64,000 nt of DNA from a virus. A program made the position numbers and the translations under genes. The notes under the pieces were generated by a model. It was not told where the DNA came from, did not search any database, and saw nothing but the letters and a program-made list of their open reading frames with translations. Location: IMG/VR virus record IMGVR_UViG_3300044984_003188. One strand, written 5' to 3'. This document shows positions 57,848 through 64,000 of this stretch, one piece after another (position 1 is the first letter of the stretch; every line of letters starts with the position of its first letter).

Positions 57848-58784
57848 TATCTATCATACTAGATTTCCAATTTATATTATTTCCAAAGGTCGGTGGGAGT
57901 CTAGGTATACTTCCAAGGCTCTAGAAAGCATGGGTGTTCCGTATTTCATTGCGGTTGAACCTCAAGAGTATGAGCAGTATGCTGCAGTCATTGATCCCAA
58001 AAAAGTTTTAACACTACCTTTTTCCAATCATGGTAAAGGTTCTGGACCAGCCCGTAATTGGTGCTGGGAACATTCGCAGGCTAATGGATTTAAACGCCAT
58101 TGGCTAATGGATGATAATATTTTTGAGTTCTGGCGCTTTCATAATAACAAACGCTATAGAATTGGTCGTGGTTCTGCTTGTTTTAGATCAGTAGAAGATT
58201 TTGTTGATCGCTTTGAAAATGTTGCTCTAGCAGGACTTCAATACAAGTTCTTTTGTGTTGATGATTATCCTTATCCTCCTTATATTCTAAATACACGAAT
58301 TATGTCATGCTTTCTTATTGATAACGATTGCCCACATAAGTGGCGTGGTCGCTATAATGAGGACGTTGATCTTTCTATTCGAGTACTTAAGGAAGGTCTA
58401 TGCACAATGCTTTTCTACTCTTTTCTATGTGGTAAAGCAAGAACCGGCACAATTAAAGGTGGTAACACTTCAGAAATTTACAACAATTATCAAGAAGATG
58501 CATCACTAAAAAAGTCTCAAATGCTTCTAGAGATGCACCCTGATGTGGTGACTCTACAGGAAAGATATGGTAGAATCCATCATCAAGTTGACCTTGAAGC
58601 AATCATTAATAAAAATGGTCAACCTGCTAGACTAAATCCACTTATTCTCAAAAAAGATGTAAAAATTGTGAATAAAAATGATAACTACGGTATGAAACTA
58701 ATTCGTGAGTTTGGCACTGATCAAGCTTATGAGGATACCGAATATTCAATTGAAAAATATCCAAGCGGTAGGAAAAACTTTTAA
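57840..58784 (+). CDS. GT-A glycosyltransferase, TET-associated (TAGT)/GREB1-like family
   Basis: PIYIISKGR; VEPQEY..Y; GPARNWCWEHS; HWLMDDNI; WRGRYNEDVDLSIRVLK.G; KGGN. Confidence 0.75.
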   Translation: MNDIYHTRFPIYIISKGRWESRYTSKALESMGVPYFIAVEPQEYEQYAAVIDPKKVLTLPFSNHGKGSGPARNWCWEHSQANGFKRHWLMDDNIFEFWRFHNNKRYRIGRGSACFRSVEDFVDRFENVALAGLQYKFFCVDDYPYPPYILNTRIMSCFLIDNDCPHKWRGRYNEDVDLSIRVLKEGLCTMLFYSFLCGKARTGTIKGGNTSEIYNNYQEDASLKKSQMLLEMHPDVVTLQERYGRIHHQVDLEAIINKNGQPARLNPLILKKDVKIVNKNDNYGMKLIREFGTDQAYEDTEYSIEKYPSGRKNF

Positions 58785-59740
58785 TGGCTCATATTTTTAT
58801 TACAGGTATTGCTGGTTTTATTGGCTTTCATCTAGCACAAAAGCTACATGAAGCTGGTCATGAAGTTTCTGGGATGGATAATTTTAATGATTACTATGAT
58901 GTAACTCTTAAAAATACACGTGCTGATATTTTAGATAAAAATTATATTTTTGTTTATCGACGTAATTTACTAGATAAAAATGATACTTTCTACACTTTAA
59001 AGAATGAAAACCCAGATATGGTCATTCATCTAGCTGCATATGCTGGTGTCCGACATTCATATGATCATGCTATGGATTATATCCAAAATAATATTGTTGC
59101 TACACAGAATCTTATTGAAGTGCTTGAAGAACTTAATATCAATAAAGCAATCTATGCTTCTACTTCTTGTGTCATGGCAGGCAATCAACTACCATGGAAA
59201 GAAGATGAACCTACTGGGCATCAACTAAACCCATATGGATATACCAAGCGCACAAATGAATGTCAGTTTAAAACTTCCAAGATCAAGCAAAATATTGGTC
59301 TAAGGTTCTTTACTGTTTATGGTCCATATGGTCGACCTGATATGGCGCTATTTCAGTTTGCCGAAGCTGCTGTAAAAGGTAAAACCATCGATGTTTATAA
59401 CTACGGTGATATGAAACGTGATTTTACCTATGTAGATGATATTGTGAATGGAATTGAAATCTTGATGAATCATATTTTAAATACTGAAGAATCACAAGCA
59501 GAAATCTACAACATTGGTCGTGGTCAACAAGTTCAGCTTATGGACTTTATTTCAGAGATCGAAAAGAATATGGGTCATGAAATCAAGAAAAATCTAGTAC
59601 CACGCCATCCTGCTGATACACTAGAAACTTGGTCAGATACCACAAAGCTCCAAGCACTTGGATGGAAACCAAAAGTTTCTATTTCAGAAGGTGTTGCTAA
59701 ATTTTGTGAGTGGTATAAGCAATATTATAAGGTGAACTAA
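58784..59740 (+). CDS. NAD-dependent nucleotide-sugar epimerase, UDP-glucuronate 4-epimerase-like
   Basis: TGIAGFIG; HLAAYAGVRHS; YGYTK; LRFFTVYGPYGRPDMA; RDFTYVDDIV. Confidence 0.85.
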   Translation: MAHIFITGIAGFIGFHLAQKLHEAGHEVSGMDNFNDYYDVTLKNTRADILDKNYIFVYRRNLLDKNDTFYTLKNENPDMVIHLAAYAGVRHSYDHAMDYIQNNIVATQNLIEVLEELNINKAIYASTSCVMAGNQLPWKEDEPTGHQLNPYGYTKRTNECQFKTSKIKQNIGLRFFTVYGPYGRPDMALFQFAEAAVKGKTIDVYNYGDMKRDFTYVDDIVNGIEILMNHILNTEESQAEIYNIGRGQQVQLMDFISEIEKNMGHEIKKNLVPRHPADTLETWSDTTKLQALGWKPKVSISEGVAKFCEWYKQYYKVN

Positions 59741-60189
59741 TGAAATGGCACTGGAACTATCTAAATCTTGCTAAAGAGATTTCAACTTGGTCTAAGGACC
59801 CATCCACAAAAATTGGTGCTGTTGCGGTGGGTAAACATGGTCAGATATTAGCGACCGGTTATAATGGCTTTCCTCGTAAAATTAAAGATACTGAGAAAAG
59901 ACTTAATGATAAAGAAATTAAATACTCATACACAATTCATGGAGAAATGAATTGCATTTATAATGCAACGCTCACTGGTGTAAGTTTACATAAAGCAACT
60001 CTTTATGTACATGGATTACCAGTTTGCTCCGAATGTGCTAAGGGTATTGCGCAAGTTGGCATTAAGCGTGTTTTTGCTTGTCATCCAATAAATGTTAATG
60101 TTAAATGGGAACAATCAAACTACTTAAGTCAACAAATTTTCAATGAAGCTGGAATTGAATATAACAGCATAATCTCTGAAAGACAATAA
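59740..60189 (+). CDS. cd: dCMP deaminase
   Basis: SKDPSTKIGAV; GYNGFPR; HGEMN; PVCSEC. Confidence 0.9.
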   Translation: MKWHWNYLNLAKEISTWSKDPSTKIGAVAVGKHGQILATGYNGFPRKIKDTEKRLNDKEIKYSYTIHGEMNCIYNATLTGVSLHKATLYVHGLPVCSECAKGIAQVGIKRVFACHPINVNVKWEQSNYLSQQIFNEAGIEYNSIISERQ

Positions 60190-60192
60190 AAT

Positions 60193-60585
60193 ATGAATTA
60201 TGAAAATGATACATATCACTACTATAATGGTCTAAAAGCTTCTGATAATCCAGATCCACTAGATACTTCGGAATATACTTTACAACAATATAAAACTTAC
60301 AAGAATACCCCAAGCATTGATTATAAATACTCTGAAGATATGATTATTCAGGATCTATCTGAGTACATTAATTGTACCTATGGTGAGCACTATAAAGCAC
60401 AAGATGAAATTGAATGCTTTGATGCTTGGATTGCCCTAGGTACTGCTTCCGGCACATTTCGTGATAATGCAATGAAATATCTATGGCGATATGGCAAAAA
60501 GAACGGATCTAATAAAGATGATTTAATGAAAGCTTTGCATTATATCATGTTACTACTTCACAATGATTTTTATAAAAAGGGCTAA
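60193..60585 (+). CDS. DUF3310-like protein (related to T7 gp1.7 nucleotide kinase)
   Basis: HY....IECFD......F...NAMKYLWRYGKKNG...DLMKALHY. Confidence 0.7.
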   Translation: MNYENDTYHYYNGLKASDNPDPLDTSEYTLQQYKTYKNTPSIDYKYSEDMIIQDLSEYINCTYGEHYKAQDEIECFDAWIALGTASGTFRDNAMKYLWRYGKKNGSNKDDLMKALHYIMLLLHNDFYKKG

Positions 60586-60589
60586 ATGA

Positions 60590-61438
60590 ATGGAAATTAA
60601 AATTGATATGGATGTCCTCCGCCAGAGGAAGTTATTTGTAGCCACACCCATGTACGGTGGGCAATGCGCTGGTATGTTTACCAAATCAGTAGCAGATTTA
60701 GCCGCTATTTGCTCTGCAAATGGTCTGGATCTTAGATCATATTTTCTCTTTAACGAATCTCTTATTACTAGAGCTAGAAACTATTGTGTCGATGAGTTCA
60801 TGCGCTCTGATTGCACACATATGATGTTCATTGACTCTGATATTGGATTTGATCCACGAGATATTATTGCAATGCTTGCCCTTCAATCAGAAGAATCTGA
60901 ATATGATGTTCTTGCAGGACCATACCCAAAGAAAACAATTTCTTGGGAAAAGATCAAGATGGCAGTCGATAAGGGTATTGCGGATGAAGACCCATCGGTT
61001 CTAGAAAAGTTTGTTGGTGATTATGTTTTCAATCCAAAAGCCAATACAACACAAGTAAGAATTGATGAACCAGTCGAAGTTTCTGAAGTCGGTACTGGGT
61101 TCATGATGACCAGACGTTCAGCTTTTGAAAAGTTTGCAAAGGCTTATCCTGATTATTCTTATAGACCAGACCATGTTCGTACCGAACATTTTGATGGTTC
61201 TCGTGAAATCATGCAGTACTTCCAAGCTGAAATTGATCCTGCTTCAAAGCGTTATCTATCTGAAGACTACTGGTTCTGCCAAAAGCTAATGGCTATCGGT
61301 GGAAAGATTTGGTATTGCCCATGGATGAAACTACAACATGTTGGTTCTTATATCTTTGGTGGATCACTTGCTGACCTAGCATCTATTGGAGCCCCTGCTA
61401 CTGCAGATCCTTCTCAACTCCGTAAAGGAAAGAAATAA
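60590..61438 (+). CDS. GT-A-fold glycosyltransferase-like protein
   Basis: LFVATPMYGG; NESLITRARN; HMMFIDSDIGF (DxD); GTGFMM..R; YLSEDYWFC; L.HVG. Confidence 0.7.
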   Translation: MEIKIDMDVLRQRKLFVATPMYGGQCAGMFTKSVADLAAICSANGLDLRSYFLFNESLITRARNYCVDEFMRSDCTHMMFIDSDIGFDPRDIIAMLALQSEESEYDVLAGPYPKKTISWEKIKMAVDKGIADEDPSVLEKFVGDYVFNPKANTTQVRIDEPVEVSEVGTGFMMTRRSAFEKFAKAYPDYSYRPDHVRTEHFDGSREIMQYFQAEIDPASKRYLSEDYWFCQKLMAIGGKIWYCPWMKLQHVGSYIFGGSLADLASIGAPATADPSQLRKGKK

Positions 61439-61442
61439 TATT

Positions 61443-62039
61443 ATGAATAAAGTTTATATTCTACTTGATCGTTCTGGTTCAATGGCTTCAATGTGGAAGC
61501 AAGCCATTGACGGTATCAATTCTTATGTAAGGAATATTGAAAATACCCAAATTATGATTGCTGCTTTTGATACAGTTGATTATACAGTTGTAAGAAATTG
61601 CACAAAGGAAAACTGGGATCCATTAAGTTATAATGAAATTACTCCCCGTGGTGGAACTCCACTTCTAGATGCTTCTGGTAGAATCATGTGGTCTATGCAT
61701 GATTCTAAGGCTAAAAGAGCAATCTTAGTTGTAGTCACTGATGGGCATGAAAATTCATCAACCAAGTTCAAAGCATCTGAAATCAAGGACATGACTAAGA
61801 AGTTGACAACTGATTTAAATTATGATATAGTCTTCCTAGGTGCTAATTTTGATGGCATTGGTGAAGTTGCAAATAAAAATTTCGGGTGGAGTGACCAATC
61901 TAGAATGGTGCAAACCTCTGTTAGAGGATTTGGTGATGTAATGGTTGGTCTAAGCGCTAAGACCTCAGATTATTTTACCACTGGTGCAAAAGCCACTGCA
62001 TTATATAATGCAGATGAATTAAGTAAAGCAAAGTCCTAA
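61443..62039 (+). CDS. von Willebrand factor A domain protein (ATG at 61443)
   Basis: MIDAS motif LLDRSGSM; GGTPLLDA; VVTDGHENSS; FLGAN. Confidence 0.85.
   Translation: MNKVYILLDRSGSMASMWKQAIDGINSYVRNIENTQIMIAAFDTVDYTVVRNCTKENWDPLSYNEITPRGGTPLLDASGRIMWSMHDSKAKRAILVVVTDGHENSSTKFKASEIKDMTKKLTTDLNYDIVFLGANFDGIGEVANKNFGWSDQSRMVQTSVRGFGDVMVGLSAKTSDYFTTGAKATALYNADELSKAKS
61803..61831 (+). promoter_or_regulatory. Sigma70-type promoter inside the vWA gene, upstream of gp45
   Basis: TTGACA-17 nt-TATAGT with extended -10 TG. Confidence 0.6.
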
Positions 62040-62058
62040 TAGGAGATTATATTATATC

Positions 62059-62709
62059 ATGAAGCTAAGTGCCCGTACTCTACATCTACTAAAGAACTTC
62101 AGCACAATCAATCCTTCCATTGTGCTGAAGCCGGGAGGGATTGCAACAACAATCTCTCCTAACAAGACTATTCTAGCCCGTGCATCCATTGGTGACGAAA
62201 TTCCAAATGTTGTAGCAATTTATAATCTCAGTAGGTTTATTTCTACACTATCATTATTTGAAAATCCTGATTTGGATTTTAGTGATAAGTCCGTCCGAAT
62301 TTCCGATGGAAATCGTAGTGTTGTGTATCATTATGCTGATGCATCTATTATTATGGTGCCACCTGAAAAGCAAATTAAGCTTCCATCAACAGATGCTGAA
62401 TGCTTTATTACCAATAAGGACTTTCAGAATATCACAAAAGCACTTAGTGTTCTAGGTCTACCAGAAATTGCCATTGTTGGCGATGGTGAAAATATTTCAC
62501 TGCAAGCAATTGATACCAAGAATCCAGCGGATACATTCAGTATTATTGTTGGTCAATCTTCAAATGTTTTTCGTGCCATTTTCAAGTCCGAAAATCTCAA
62601 AATTATGGATGGTGATTACACCGTATCTATTTCCTCTAAAGGTATTTCTCAGTTTGTTGGTACTGAGGTGTCTTATTGGATTGCGGTTGAGGCTACTTCT
62701 ACTTTTTAA
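62059..62709 (+). CDS. gp45: Sliding clamp
   Basis: MKLS..TL.LLKNFSTIN.SI; IYNL..F; ENLKI..GDY.V.IS; YWIAVE. Confidence 0.94.
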   Translation: MKLSARTLHLLKNFSTINPSIVLKPGGIATTISPNKTILARASIGDEIPNVVAIYNLSRFISTLSLFENPDLDFSDKSVRISDGNRSVVYHYADASIIMVPPEKQIKLPSTDAECFITNKDFQNITKALSVLGLPEIAIVGDGENISLQAIDTKNPADTFSIIVGQSSNVFRAIFKSENLKIMDGDYTVSISSKGISQFVGTEVSYWIAVEATSTF

Positions 62710-62718
62710 TTGAATTGT

Positions 62719-62749
62719 GTGCCTAATCTTATGGATTAGGCACTTTATT
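62719..62749 (+). terminator. Stem-loop between gp45 and gp44 (weak terminator or processing site)
   Basis: GTGCCTAATC-TTATG-GATTAGGCAC, a perfect 10-bp stem, followed by TTTATT. Confidence 0.6.
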
Positions 62750-62762
62750 ATGGAGATTGTGA

Positions 62763-63701
62763 ATGCTTGAACATATTCAGTGGGTTGAAAAGTATCGTCC
62801 AAAGAAGGTAGCAGATACCATTCTTCCGTGCGAGCTTAAGTCAATCTTTCAGGGATTTGTAAATGCTGGTAATATTAATAACATGACTCTAGCAGGCGGT
62901 GCAGGTGTTGGTAAAACAACTATTGCACGTGCCATGCTAGAGGAACTTGGTTGTGATTATATTGTTATCAACGGTTCAATGAACGGTAATATTGATACAC
63001 TACGAAATGAAATTCTACAATTTGCTTCATCTGTTTCACTTATGGGTGGCAGAAAGTATGTCATTCTAGATGAGGCTGATTATCTTAACCCAAACTCTAC
63101 ACAGCCAGCTCTTCGTAACTTTATGGAAGAGTTTTCTAAGAACTGTGGTTTTATTCTTACCTGCAATTATAAAGATCGAATTATTAAACCACTACATTCT
63201 CGAGCACCAATTATTGAGTTTCGTATTCCAAAGAAAGAAATGCCAAAACTTGCTACACAATTTATGAAGCGAGTGGAGATGATTCTTACTACTGAGAATG
63301 TAAACTATGATAAACAGGCAGTTGTGGAAGTCATCCAAAAATTCTTCCCTGATTGGCGCCGAATCCTAAATGAACTCCAGACATACTCAATTAATGGTAA
63401 AATTGACTCTGGTATTTTTAGTTCTTTCACCACTTCCACAGTGAAGGAAGTGATTGGTCATTGCAAGACTAAAAACCTAGAAGGCATCCGTAAGTGGATT
63501 CATGATAATTCGGATTCTGATTCAACATCAATCTTTAGGGCTGTTTATGACAACTCTTGTGAACTATTCACAAAACGTTCTATTCCAGCTTTAATTTTAA
63601 AGATTGCTGATTATCAGTACAAGGCGGCATTTGTTGCCGATTCCGAGATCAATCTCATGGCTTTCTTTGTTGAAATTTGCATGGAGTGTGAATTTGTATG
63701 A
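62763..63701 (+). CDS. gp44: Clamp loader large subunit
   Basis: WVEKYRP; GGAGVGKTT; ILDEADYL; QPALRNFMEEFS.NC; PLHSR. Confidence 0.96.
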   Translation: MLEHIQWVEKYRPKKVADTILPCELKSIFQGFVNAGNINNMTLAGGAGVGKTTIARAMLEELGCDYIVINGSMNGNIDTLRNEILQFASSVSLMGGRKYVILDEADYLNPNSTQPALRNFMEEFSKNCGFILTCNYKDRIIKPLHSRAPIIEFRIPKKEMPKLATQFMKRVEMILTTENVNYDKQAVVEVIQKFFPDWRRILNELQTYSINGKIDSGIFSSFTTSTVKEVIGHCKTKNLEGIRKWIHDNSDSDSTSIFRAVYDNSCELFTKRSIPALILKIADYQYKAAFVADSEINLMAFFVEICMECEFV

Positions 63702-64000
63702 GCCAAACATCAACCCTATTTGGGATTGTAGAGCATAGGGAAGAGCCAACTGAAAAATCCACCCTTAATGTGTGGACTTTCATTGGTGATATCTCAAAGG
63801 ATAAACAATATCTTTTAGATGATAATACAGCACGTCTATATGAGCCATGGATTGTAAATAAATCTTTTATGGCGCATCCAGATACACTGGTGTTTGCAGA
63901 ACAAGCAAATAGAATGCATCATTTAGATAAAAAGTTGCAACATGACTTCATGTTTTATTCCGTTGAAGCACGAGCCAAAAGGTATAAACCATGGCTCAAA
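63698..64000 (+). CDS. gp62: Clamp loader small subunit (truncated by window end)
   Basis: ATG overlaps the gp44 stop; reads ...YEPWIVNKSFMAHPDTLVFAEQANRMHHLDKKLQHDF...KRYKPWLK. Confidence 0.85.
   Translation, partial: MSQTSTLFGIVEHREEPTEKSTLNVWTFIGDISKDKQYLLDDNTARLYEPWIVNKSFMAHPDTLVFAEQANRMHHLDKKLQHDFMFYSVEARAKRYKPWLK

Noticed and set aside
662-62802. Many short minus-strand and alternate-frame ORFs in the ORF track (e.g. 25541..26056, 33582..34019, 45375..45890)
   Set aside because: They overlap well-supported + strand genes, have no recognisable motifs, and are explained as shadows of biased codon use
1-64000. tRNA or rRNA genes
   Set aside because: Intergenic gaps are nearly all under 60 nt and I saw no cloverleaf or T-loop signature

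Overview
This window is part of a large AT-rich T4-like myovirus genome. The gene order resembles the cyanomyophage / pelagiphage / alphaproteobacterial phage branch rather than T4 itself. Every credible gene is on the + strand. Positions 1-48.4 kb hold the virion module: baseplate hub and wedge (gp53, hub, split gp5, PAAR, gp25, gp6, gp7, gp8), a split VrlC/DUF4815-like protein, a ~14 kb array of mosaic fibre and tailspike genes, then gp13-gp23 and gp3, with T4-type late promoters (TATAAATA). Positions 48.4-64 kb hold uvsY, uvsW, gp55, gp47, gp46, DNA ligase, an accessory block and gp45/gp44/gp62, with near-consensus sigma70 promoters. The most notable observations are: (1) outward-facing virion proteins are packed with N-X-S/T sequons, suggesting an N-glycosylated virion; (2) a sugar/nucleotide cluster (MazG-like, PD-(D/E)XK nuclease, TAGT-like glycosyltransferase, UDP-glucuronate-4-epimerase-like enzyme, dCMP deaminase, DUF3310, a second glycosyltransferase) points to DNA hypermodification and/or virion glycosylation; (3) an intact peptide deformylase has lost all catalytic residues; (4) two near-identical antisense sigma70 promoters sit on the start regions of the large terminase and the late sigma factor; (5) a repeated hairpin-like motif covers the ribosome-binding sites of two fibre genes. 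All family calls come from motif recognition by eye and all counts are manual; no database search was run.
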